DNA of 24,000 nt. Origin: Chromatiales bacterium (GTDB lineage Bacteria; Pseudomonadota; Gammaproteobacteria; JACCXJ01). The stretch's first letter is position 1, and each line of letters begins with the position of its first letter. The notes under the pieces were generated by a model that did no database searches, was not told where the DNA came from, and was given only the letters and a program-made list of their open reading frames with translations. The stretch lies in assembly GCA_043673815.1 (NCBI GenBank), contig JBIMKD010000272.1, forward strand, positions 1 through 24,000. Direction: 5' to 3'. Made by a program: the position numbers and the translations under genes. Shown here in pieces: positions 8,975 to 16,077 of this stretch.

Positions 8975-11254
8975 CTAAAATTCGTTCTCGTACCCGGGAA
9001 TGCTCCGTTTTAGATAACTGGTGGTGCTGCGCCCAAAGCCGGCCAGCCCCTTGAGCTCGATCTGAACGAAAAACGCGTTGTCGAACTCCCCCGTGTCGCT
9101 GCTCACGAACCGCCGCGCCACCGTGCGGACACCCCAGCAGCAACTGTTGTACTCAAATCCTCCGGCGACCTCGACAGTGTCCTCGACATCCAAGGAATAG
9201 GTCCACTTACCGATGACGCTCCAATTCGGATCTAGCGGCCAACGAAACGCCAGATCGGTCTGCTCGATGAGAGTATCACCGAGACCGCGGATATTGCGGT
9301 TGATGCGATAATCGGCGTTCACGATGGTGTCGGGATCGGGACCATAACGCAACCCGATGAGGCCTTTTTCGACAGTCCCGTCGTTGGGGTCCAAGAACAG
9401 ATCCCCCCGCGCACTGAGACCATTGGGTAACCGGGTCGTGAGCTCCGCGAGGAAATTCGACACCGAAACGGTATCCGCCCCGTCGGTGGGCAAGTTGACA
9501 CGGCGATCCTCGAAATAAAAGATCTGGCCCACGCTCGCGCGCAGATGTTCCCAGCCCGTATAGCGATTTATGATCCTGGAAGTGACCGCGACCGCAGTCT
9601 GGTTTGCGTCGCCGAGACGGTCGGGGCCGCTGAACCGGTTTTCGCGAAATAGTTGCGCAAAGGAAATGTCGTATTGTCCGGTATCAAAAACAGGCAGATC
9701 ATCCTGATCCTGCTCGGGGACGTAAAGATAGAAGATCCGCGGTTCAAAGGTTTGCACGGCCGGCAGCGCCGCGAAATCAAGGTCGCGTTCAAATACGAGC
9801 CCGCTATCCAGGCTCACGATCGGCAGGGTCCGGCTAGGGCGATTATCCGCCCCAGCGGTGTTTTCGAGGTAATACTGAGTATGCTCGAGGCTCACCCGAG
9901 GCACGAGAAACCCCCCCGCGCCGTGCACCGGGTAGCTGATGACCGGTTTGAGGTCGATACGGCCGCCGATGACCCCCTCGTCGCGGTCAAAATAGGTGGC
10001 TTGCCCGAAAAATTCGAGGTTGATTTCCCGGTCGCGCGCGGGCAGGCGGGTGGAAAAAAAGATCTGCGGTAGCCGGTCGTAAGGCCGGTTCTCGACCGGA
10101 ATGGTGGAATCAACGGTTTGAAACCCCTGTAAACGGCCGAATATATTGAAGTAATCGCCGCGGTAGCTGATGTCGGCGCGCTGTGGAAGATAGCGCGTGC
10201 TCCTGACGGCAAGATTGCTTCCGAAGTCTTCGAAGTATTCCGAATCGGACACCCGGTTGTAGGTCAGAAAAGCGTGACCGCGCCGGCGCGCAAAATCTTG
10301 CTCATGGGTAAATGCAACCAGCGACCGGCTCTCGTCCTCGAAGCCGGCGTCCGAGGGCAGATACTCAAAATCAAGCTCTCCCCCGCCGCTTTGCAGGAGG
10401 TAACGGTATTGGCCCCCGAGCATCACGCCGCGGTTGGAAAGTATCCGAGGCTGGAAGGTTGCATCGTGTTGGGGCGCGATGTTCCAATAGTAGGGGGTGC
10501 TCAGGTCGAACCCGCTTTCCGAAGTGCTTCCCACCGTCGGCGGTAAGAAACCCGTTTTGCGCTTGTCGCTGATCGGGAAGGTGATATACGGCAGATAGAA
10601 TACCGGTGTCTCCCGCACCCGCAGCACCACGTGCTCAGCCTCGCCCCATTCCTCGTTATGATCCAGTTTCATGCGCTTAGCCGCGAGCTGCCAGTCCGGT
10701 GTCTTGCCGCCACACGTGGTGTAATCGACGTCCTTAAGCTGTGTGACATTCTCCCGCGTGTCGAGCTTGATGATGCGCGCGCCTCCGCGCCCGCGCCGTT
10801 GCAGCAATCGATACTCGCCATATTCAAGATGGGCGCGGTCGTTGGCGAGATCGAGGCGGCCGTATTTCCCCGACCAAAACAAAGCCGGATCCCACAGGAG
10901 CAGATGACCTTCGGCCTCAATGACGGCCTGACCGCGCTCGTAAGTGAGGAGATCCGCAACCACCGCTTGTTGCTCGCGGACCAAAGAGACACCACCCACG
11001 AATGTCGACACATTCTCCTCCAGGACCTCCACCCGGTCGGCCGTCACCTCAATCGACCCCAATTTATACGCCGCCGGATTTTGGGGAGGACGGTCCGGAA
11101 TCTTCGGATCGGCCTTGCAAAGGGCATAGCGCGGATCTTCAAGCTCCGGCGGGCCGGCCGCGGCTAGCGATGGAGCAGCGCACACTACGATCAAGACAGC
11201 CAGTAGCGCAGACCTTTTGAGCGCGGGTATTCGAGCGAGCGCGTGCAAACTCAT
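8975..11254 (-). CDS. lptD: LPS-assembly outer-membrane protein LptD (OstA/Imp)
   Basis: 759 aa with a signal peptide (LLAVLIVVCAAPSLAAA), an OstA-like N-domain and a long beta-barrel-type C-terminal region ending in an aromatic residue (...GYENEF). It shows the classical lptD-surA-pdxA synteny. Confidence 0.93.
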   Translation of the reverse strand: MSLHALARIPALKRSALLAVLIVVCAAPSLAAAGPPELEDPRYALCKADPKIPDRPPQNPAAYKLGSIEVTADRVEVLEENVSTFVGGVSLVREQQAVVADLLTYERGQAVIEAEGHLLLWDPALFWSGKYGRLDLANDRAHLEYGEYRLLQRRGRGGARIIKLDTRENVTQLKDVDYTTCGGKTPDWQLAAKRMKLDHNEEWGEAEHVVLRVRETPVFYLPYITFPISDKRKTGFLPPTVGSTSESGFDLSTPYYWNIAPQHDATFQPRILSNRGVMLGGQYRYLLQSGGGELDFEYLPSDAGFEDESRSLVAFTHEQDFARRRGHAFLTYNRVSDSEYFEDFGSNLAVRSTRYLPQRADISYRGDYFNIFGRLQGFQTVDSTIPVENRPYDRLPQIFFSTRLPARDREINLEFFGQATYFDRDEGVIGGRIDLKPVISYPVHGAGGFLVPRVSLEHTQYYLENTAGADNRPSRTLPIVSLDSGLVFERDLDFAALPAVQTFEPRIFYLYVPEQDQDDLPVFDTGQYDISFAQLFRENRFSGPDRLGDANQTAVAVTSRIINRYTGWEHLRASVGQIFYFEDRRVNLPTDGADTVSVSNFLAELTTRLPNGLSARGDLFLDPNDGTVEKGLIGLRYGPDPDTIVNADYRINRNIRGLGDTLIEQTDLAFRWPLDPNWSVIGKWTYSLDVEDTVEVAGGFEYNSCCWGVRTVARRFVSSDTGEFDNAFFVQIELKGLAGFGRSTTSYLKRSIPGYENEF

Positions 11255-11542
11255 CTTAGGACAACCGGCGGCAGTGTGCTGGTATGATAACTACAAAACC
11301 GGGGCGGATCGCGGCGCCAGCCCGCGAAGTCAATATAGATTTCGCCACCACGGGGTATGCAACCCCGTGGGGCGACCAATGGGGAGAGCTGCGCCTCTCC
11401 CCTTTGGAAACCCCATCGCTAAGGTCCCCGCGGCAAGACCGCGGCGAATAGATTTCAGCGTAATACGGGCGGGCGCGGAAGGCCAAGCAGGGGTCGCAGG
11501 CGGTAGACATCGGGAGTTCATGGTAAAGAGCGAGGAGGTGTT

Positions 11543-11611
11543 ATGGCAAGCGATCCCACGGCGAAGTGGATCCTCGATCGCGCGCTGGAGGCGCTTTTGG
11601 TGCGCCCATGA
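11543..11611 (+). CDS. Candidate 22-codon upstream ORF translationally coupled to the FAH-family gene
   Basis: GAGGAGG at 11532-11538, then ATG at 11543, encoding MASDPTAKWILDRALEALLVRP. Its TGA overlaps the FAH ATG (ccATGAag). The FAH ATG itself has no obvious SD. There is no homology evidence. Confidence 0.25.
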   Translation: MASDPTAKWILDRALEALLVRP

Positions 11612-12474
11612 AGTTGGTCACCTTTACCCACATGGGGGAGACGCGCATCGGCGTCGCCTCCGGCACCTACGTCTATGCGATCGGGTCGATCCCCGGTTAT
11701 CCGCGCGAGATGACGGAGCTGCTCGCGGCCGGGCAAGCGTTATTGGGCGATCTCGCCGGCCGCATCGAGCGTCAGTGCGAACGCATCGCGCTCGCGGACA
11801 TCCATCTCGAAGCGCCGCTGCTCCGGCCCCCCAAGTTTCTGGCGATCGGCTTGAATTATGCCGACCACATCACAGAGAAGGGCGGGTCGCGGCCAGCCTT
11901 TCCGACCATTTTCAACAAACAGTCGACCTGCGCGAACGGCCCCTACGACCCAATCCATAAACCCGGCGTCTCGGAGCAAGTGGACTACGAAGGCGAGCTA
12001 GGATTCGTGATCAGGCGCCGCTGCCGGCACGTGCCCGCGGCCCGGGCGCCGGAAGTGATTGCGGGTTATCTGATCGTGAACGATGTGTCGGTGCGCGATT
12101 GGCAAGCGCGCTCGCCGACGCTGACGCTAGGGAAGTCGTTCGACACGCATGGGCCCATCGGTCCGTGGATCGTGACCCCCGATGAGATCGGCGATCCTCA
12201 CGCGCTTGATGTCCGCACTTATGTCAACGGGGAACCGCGGCAAGCGTTCAACACGCGCGACATGATCTGGAACTGCTACCGCTTGGTCGAGCTGCTGTCG
12301 ACGGTTTTCACCTTGGAGCCCGGCGATGTCATATCCACGGGCACCGGGCGGGGTGTGGGGATGCGTCGCGACCCGCCCTCGTTCCTGCAGCCGGGCGATG
12401 TCGTGCGCATCGAGATCGAAGCGATTGGCGCTATCGAGAACCGCGTGATCGAAGAACCCGAGATTTTGTTTTAA
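11608..12474 (+). CDS. Fumarylacetoacetate hydrolase (FAH) family protein (HpcE/2-keto-4-pentenoate hydratase-like)
   Basis: MKLVTFTHMGETRIGV... N-terminus typical of the family. FAH-domain motifs KFLAIGLNYADH, DYEGELGFVI, NDVSVRDWQ, GKSFDT and GDVISTGTGRGVG. The start is chosen at the internal ATG 11608 rather than the track's GTG at 11566. Confidence 0.88.
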   Translation: MKLVTFTHMGETRIGVASGTYVYAIGSIPGYPREMTELLAAGQALLGDLAGRIERQCERIALADIHLEAPLLRPPKFLAIGLNYADHITEKGGSRPAFPTIFNKQSTCANGPYDPIHKPGVSEQVDYEGELGFVIRRRCRHVPAARAPEVIAGYLIVNDVSVRDWQARSPTLTLGKSFDTHGPIGPWIVTPDEIGDPHALDVRTYVNGEPRQAFNTRDMIWNCYRLVELLSTVFTLEPGDVISTGTGRGVGMRRDPPSFLQPGDVVRIEIEAIGAIENRVIEEPEILF

Positions 12475-12480
12475 AAAGAA

Positions 12481-12534
12481 GCTCTTCCGCAGAATTTGTC
12501 AGTGGAGAGACTGTCTGGCAATGATCGCATGATA
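12481..12534 (-). repeat. Repeat family copy B; forms the left outer inverted repeat of the DUF559 cassette
   Basis: See copy A. It begins GCTCTTCCGCAGAATTT exactly 6 nt after the TAA stop of the FAH gene. Confidence 0.6.
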
Positions 12535-12608
12535 ATCTAGGTGTGTTTATTTGGGCCTGGCCACGAGTTTTCGGGTTCGAGATTTCGAGGCAAGGTAAGT
12601 GCGCCACG

Positions 12609-12651
12609 GTTAACTCCCTCTCCCACCGGGAGAGGGCAGGGGTGAGGGGAT
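12609..12651. repeat. Inner inverted repeat, left arm (43 nt), itself containing the hairpin CCCTCTCCC-ACC-GGGAGAGGG
   Basis: The reverse complement matches 12918-12960 at 41/43 positions by hand alignment. An internal perfect 9-bp stem spans 12616-12636. Confidence 0.85.
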
Positions 12652-12661
12652 AGAGAGACCG

Positions 12662-12916
12662 ATGAACAGTCTGGCCCGGGCGCTGCGGAAGAATTCGACC
12701 GAGGCGGAGCGGTGCTTGTGGAGTCGATTGCGCGCTCGACGGCTCGACGGCGTCAAGTTTCGACGTCAACGGTCCTTGGCCCCTACGTCGTGGATTTCCT
12801 CTGCTTGGAGCCCAAAGATGTCATCGAGGTCGATGGTGGCCAGCATGTCGAGCAGGTCTCGAACGACTTGCGACGGACTGAATATCTCAAGGTATTGGGT
12901 TATCACGTGTGGTTGA
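12662..12916 (+). pseudogene. DUF559 (Vsr-like endonuclease fold) domain protein, frameshifted and 3'-truncated
   Basis: Frame 2 reads MNSLARALRKNSTEAERCLWSRLRARRLDGVKFRRQR. Frame 1 then continues LGPYVVDFLCLEPKDVIEVDGGQHVEQVSNDLRRTEYLKVLGYHV. Together these reproduce the DUF559 pattern (LR..T.AE..LW..LR...FRRQ..IGPY.VDF.C.....IE.DG.QH) if 1 nt is restored near 12769-12771. The usual C-terminal roughly 30 aa are replaced by translation of the right inner repeat. Confidence 0.75.
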
Positions 12917-12917
12917 G

Positions 12918-12960
12918 ATCCCCTCACCCCCGCCCTCTCCCGGCGGGAGAGGGAGTTAAC
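12918..12960. repeat. Inner inverted repeat, right arm (43 nt) with the hairpin CCCTCTCCC-GGC-GGGAGAGGG
   Basis: 41/43 match to the reverse complement of 12609-12651. Confidence 0.85.
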
Positions 12961-12964
12961 GGAA

Positions 12965-12992
12965 TACCCATAGATTCTGCCGAGGAGCCCAA
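12965..12992 (+). repeat. Repeat family copy C (short); forms the right outer inverted repeat of the DUF559 cassette
   Basis: TACCCATAGATTCTGCCGAGGAGCCCAA versus copy A TACCCATAAATTCTGCGGAAGAGCCCAA is 25/28 identical. Its outer 17 nt match the copy B end in inverted orientation at 14/17. Confidence 0.55.
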
Positions 12993-13141
12993 AAAAGCAT
13001 CGACCGGATTTTTTTCCTAAAGAAGCTCTGCAAAGGTGTCGCGAGCAAGCCCAGATGCGCGAAGCCGCGGAGCGAGTCGCGAGACATATCGCTCGCCTTC
13101 AGCGGCGCGGCGCTTTTTGCCGCGTCTGCTGCAAGGCGTTG

Positions 13142-13717
13142 TTAGGCACATTCACAGGACGATTGACATTTACCCTTGGTGCGCGGGTGATGGTCGGCGA
13201 TTTCACCCGACGGCGACAGTTCAACATGGCAGCAGGCAAGCACTCCGTCTTTGAGCATTTTGCGTCCGCGGCTTGCTCTGCTCTTTACAGCAGGTACGGA
13301 TAAGCTCAGCTCGGAGGCTACTGCTCGCATGCTTTTGCCTTGAAACTCCGTGCCCAACAGAACATCTCGATAGATGCCGGGCAGTTGCCGGGCCAGTGGC
13401 AATAGACAAGTTGACAGTGCTTGCAGCGACGAACTCTCTTCGGCCGTCTCCGCCGCCAAGTCCTCCAGTTCGCTCATCAAACGCTTGGCCCGGTAGTGAT
13501 CGATCAGTACATTGCGGGCAATCGTGTGGAGCCATGCCGCCATTTTTTCCGACGACCTGGCAGTTTGGCCGGAAGCCAGCGCCCTGAGAAAGACGGTGTG
13601 CAACAAGTCTTCCGCGATTGCAGCGTCTTCAACGCGCCTCCGCAAATAACTGAGCAGACCGTTTCGCAGTGTCCTGTATGAGGCTGCGATTTCATCACGG
13701 GACGCTGGCTCCGACAT
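13142..13717 (-). CDS. ECF-type sigma-70 family sigma factor with a Cys/His-rich C-terminal extension (CorE/SigZ-like)
   Basis: Region 2 (EDLLHTVFLRAL...WLHTIARNVLIDHYR) and region 4 (LPGIYRDVLLGTEFQGKSMRAVASELSLSVPAVKSRASRGRKML) are recognisable. The tail is ACCHVELSPSGEIADHHPRTKGKCQSSCECA. The start is placed at ATG 13717, 10 nt after the upstream gene's stop, with GAGGGG as SD. The track's longer ORF (to 13948) overlaps the upstream gene and is rejected. Confidence 0.8.
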   Translation of the reverse strand: MSEPASRDEIAASYRTLRNGLLSYLRRRVEDAAIAEDLLHTVFLRALASGQTARSSEKMAAWLHTIARNVLIDHYRAKRLMSELEDLAAETAEESSSLQALSTCLLPLARQLPGIYRDVLLGTEFQGKSMRAVASELSLSVPAVKSRASRGRKMLKDGVLACCHVELSPSGEIADHHPRTKGKCQSSCECA

Positions 13718-13727
13718 GTTCTGCCCC

Positions 13728-14234
13728 TCAACCACAACAGGCACCAGCCGCAGGCCCTTCACTGTTGGGAATGCAACACGCAGTCTTTGCCTGTGCGCCG
13801 TCCTGTGTCGAAGCGTTGACCGGAATGCAACAGGCTCCAGTTTGATTGGCAGTGTCTTGGCCGAACTCCTTTGCTTCGAACATGGTGTGAAAGTGTTCCC
13901 AAGCCAAGCCTTGAGGGTCAACCGTCCAGTGCTTTTCGCTGTTCGCATAGCAGCAGGCGGTCTCGCCCTGATCCAGGACTTGCCCGTCGGACGCGGCCTC
14001 CGCCAACGCCTTCAAAGACTTCAATTCCTCTGGTGAATCGGCCTGGAATCCGAAGTGATTCAGACCGACCGCGTGGCACCGTGAGGAAATGGCGAAGTTT
14101 ACGCGCGGATCCTCCAGCATCCACTTTGCGTAATCGTTCCGCTCCACGGATGGGGACTGCCCAAAGAGTTTGCTGTAAAACACGATGCTCTGACTGAGGT
14201 CCCTTACGGCGACGTGTGCATGAAAGCGTTTCAT
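13728..14234 (-). CDS. ArsI/CadI-family VOC (glyoxalase/bleomycin-resistance/dioxygenase fold) metal(loid)-resistance enzyme with vicinal-cysteine motifs
   Basis: MKRFHAHVAVRDLSQSIVFYSKLFG...DYAKWMLEDPRVNFAIS...GLNHFGFQ...ETACCYANSEKHWTVDPQGLAWEHFHT matches the ArsI/CadI pattern, including the core CC pair. The tail carries three more CC pairs (GACCIP, TACCIP, GACCG). GGAGG SD lies upstream. Confidence 0.85.
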   Translation of the reverse strand: MKRFHAHVAVRDLSQSIVFYSKLFGQSPSVERNDYAKWMLEDPRVNFAISSRCHAVGLNHFGFQADSPEELKSLKALAEAASDGQVLDQGETACCYANSEKHWTVDPQGLAWEHFHTMFEAKEFGQDTANQTGACCIPVNASTQDGAQAKTACCIPNSEGPAAGACCG

Positions 14235-14420
14235 TGCTTACCTCCGGCGAGTGATGAGCGTCCACACGGACGCACAGGTATAGACGGAGCACCTCGCGAA
14301 AGGTCGCAAAGAATCATCGTGAGCGGTTGTGCCTAACAGGTAGATAGGCAAGCGACGAGCGAGCACGCGACAAAGCAGATGGGCTGCGCAGTAACTCTTG
14401 CCGAGTTTCCGAAAGCGATA

Positions 14421-15791
14421 TTATCGGTCGCTGCCGCTCGCCAAGGCTTGCAAAAGCTTTTGGTGGAGCCCGCCGAAGCCGCCATTGCTCATTATAAGCA
14501 CCTGATCGGCCGGTTGGGCGAGCGCAAGGATCCTGGCCACGATGGCGTCGAGATCCTGGAGCAGAATCCGTTTACTCCCGAGGCTACGCGTCTGCCCGGC
14601 TAGATCCCAGCCGAGGTTGGGTGGACAATAAAAAAGCGCGAAATCCGCCTTGCTGAACGCATCTGCGAGGGACGCGGCATGGGCACCCAGGCGCCTGGAA
14701 TTGGAACGCGGTTCAAACACCGCAATGATCCGCGACGATCCGACTCTCTGGCGCAAGGCCGAAACGGTGGCGCGGATCTCCGTGGGATGATGCGCGAAAT
14801 CGTCATACACCGACACACCGCGGAGGACCGCAAGCTGTTCCAGTCGGCGTTTGACACCGGCAAAGCTCGACAAGGCGCGGATAGCCACATCGGGCGCCAC
14901 ACCCGCATGCCGCGCGGCGGCCAAAGCGGCGAGCGCGTTGAGCGCATTATGCTGTCCGAGCAGCCCCCAGATGACCCGCCCGAACGGATGGCCTTCGATC
15001 ATGACATCGAATGCGCTGAAATCCGCGGCCACGTCTCGAAAACCCCATTGCGGTACCCGATCCCCTCCGAAGGTCTCTACGGGCGTCCAGCACCCCATCG
15101 TCAGCACCTCGTCGACCACCGTGTCCGGGGCCGGCCGGATGAGCAACCCTCGACCGGGTATGATGCGGATCAGGTGGTGAAACTGGCGCTTGATTGCGTC
15201 CAGATCGGGGAAGATATCTGCATGGTCAAATTCGATATTGGTGATCACCAAGGTGCGCGGACGGTAGTGGATGAACTTGGACCGCTTATCAAAAAACGCC
15301 GTGTCGTATTCATCCGCCTCCACCACGAAGCAGCGGCCGCTGCCGAGCCGGGCGGTCACATTGAAATTCAAGGGCACCCCACCGATGAGAAACCCCGGCG
15401 CATGACCCGCATCCTCCAAGATCCAGGCCAGCATGCTGGCGGTTGTCGTTTTGCCGTGGGTGCCGGACACGGCAAGCACCCAGCGATCCTGCAGCACCTG
15501 CTCGGCTAGCCATTGCGGCCCCGACCGATAGGCCAAGCCTTCATTAAGGAGGTATTCGATGCAAGCATTACCGCGGGAGAGTGCGTTGCCGACGACCACC
15601 AGATCGGGCGCGGGATCGAGGCTAGAGGCGCGATATCCGTCCGTTAGCTTGACACCGCTTTGCTCAAGCTGAGTGCTCATCGGCGGGTAAACGCCCTGAT
15701 CCGAGCCGGCGACTTCGTGCCCGAGCTCGCGCGCAATGCGGGCGATCCCGCCCATGAAGGTGCCGCATACGCCGAGAATATGGATTTTCAC
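14421..15791 (-). CDS. mpl: UDP-N-acetylmuramate:L-alanyl-gamma-D-glutamyl-meso-diaminopimelate ligase (murein peptide ligase Mpl)
   Basis: KIHILGVCGTFMGGIARIARELGHEVAGSDQGVYPPMSTQLE matches the Mpl N-terminus closely, and GTHGKTTT is the Mur-ligase P-loop. The start is placed at GTG 15791 (VKIHILG), which gives a length comparable to E. coli Mpl. The track ORF extends to 15848. Confidence 0.9.
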   Translation of the reverse strand: MKIHILGVCGTFMGGIARIARELGHEVAGSDQGVYPPMSTQLEQSGVKLTDGYRASSLDPAPDLVVVGNALSRGNACIEYLLNEGLAYRSGPQWLAEQVLQDRWVLAVSGTHGKTTTASMLAWILEDAGHAPGFLIGGVPLNFNVTARLGSGRCFVVEADEYDTAFFDKRSKFIHYRPRTLVITNIEFDHADIFPDLDAIKRQFHHLIRIIPGRGLLIRPAPDTVVDEVLTMGCWTPVETFGGDRVPQWGFRDVAADFSAFDVMIEGHPFGRVIWGLLGQHNALNALAALAAARHAGVAPDVAIRALSSFAGVKRRLEQLAVLRGVSVYDDFAHHPTEIRATVSALRQRVGSSRIIAVFEPRSNSRRLGAHAASLADAFSKADFALFYCPPNLGWDLAGQTRSLGSKRILLQDLDAIVARILALAQPADQVLIMSNGGFGGLHQKLLQALASGSDR

Positions 15792-16077
15792 GCCGTGGAC
15801 GCCGGAAAGTATCGCCGGCCGCTCCGGGATGAGCACCAGGACATCCAAAAAAGTGGGGTAACGACGCGAGACATCGGCACGTGAATGGGCCTGAGGGGTA
15901 TTTTAGTTGCGGTGTCTATCATAAACTGCGCAGTGCGCGCAGGCTATGTCAGCACCGGGCTATGACAGAGGGTGGATAAGCCGCGTCTAAGAGAACTATA
16001 ACTTCGCGGTTTTCGCGGGCGCTTTCAGGTGGCCTCGCGATTTACGCTACGATACGACGACTCGAGGAGGACAACAC

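Noticed and set aside
12475-13029. An 11-nt direct repeat, AAAGAAGCTCT (12475-12485 and 13019-13029), each copy following a TAA. It could be a target-site duplication around the DUF559 region.
   Set aside because: The repeat copies do not coincide with the inverted-repeat-defined ends. The left copy straddles the outer repeat end, and the right copy lies about 30 nt beyond the right end. The sequences just inside show no terminal inverted repeat. It may reflect a partial fourth copy of the repeat family (GCTCTGCAAAGGTGTC versus GCTCTTCCGCAGAATTTGTC) rather than a duplication.
13101-13130. A GC-rich stem-loop (CGCGGC-GCTTTTT-GCCGCG) lies downstream of the sigma factor gene.
   Set aside because: The T-run is in the loop rather than after the stem on either strand, so it does not fit an intrinsic terminator. 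Its function is unknown.
13140-14338. An exact 11-nt inverted repeat, TGTTAGGCACA (13140-13150) and TGTGCCTAACA (14328-14338), flanks the sigma/ArsI-like module.
   Set aside because: The placement at both ends of the module is attractive. However, under a uniform-base model roughly N^2/2/4^11 inverted 11-mer matches, i.e. tens, are expected by chance in 24 kb. The match does not extend on either side, and one copy overlaps the sigma stop codon. It is kept only as a note and would need other copies or empty sites to mean anything.
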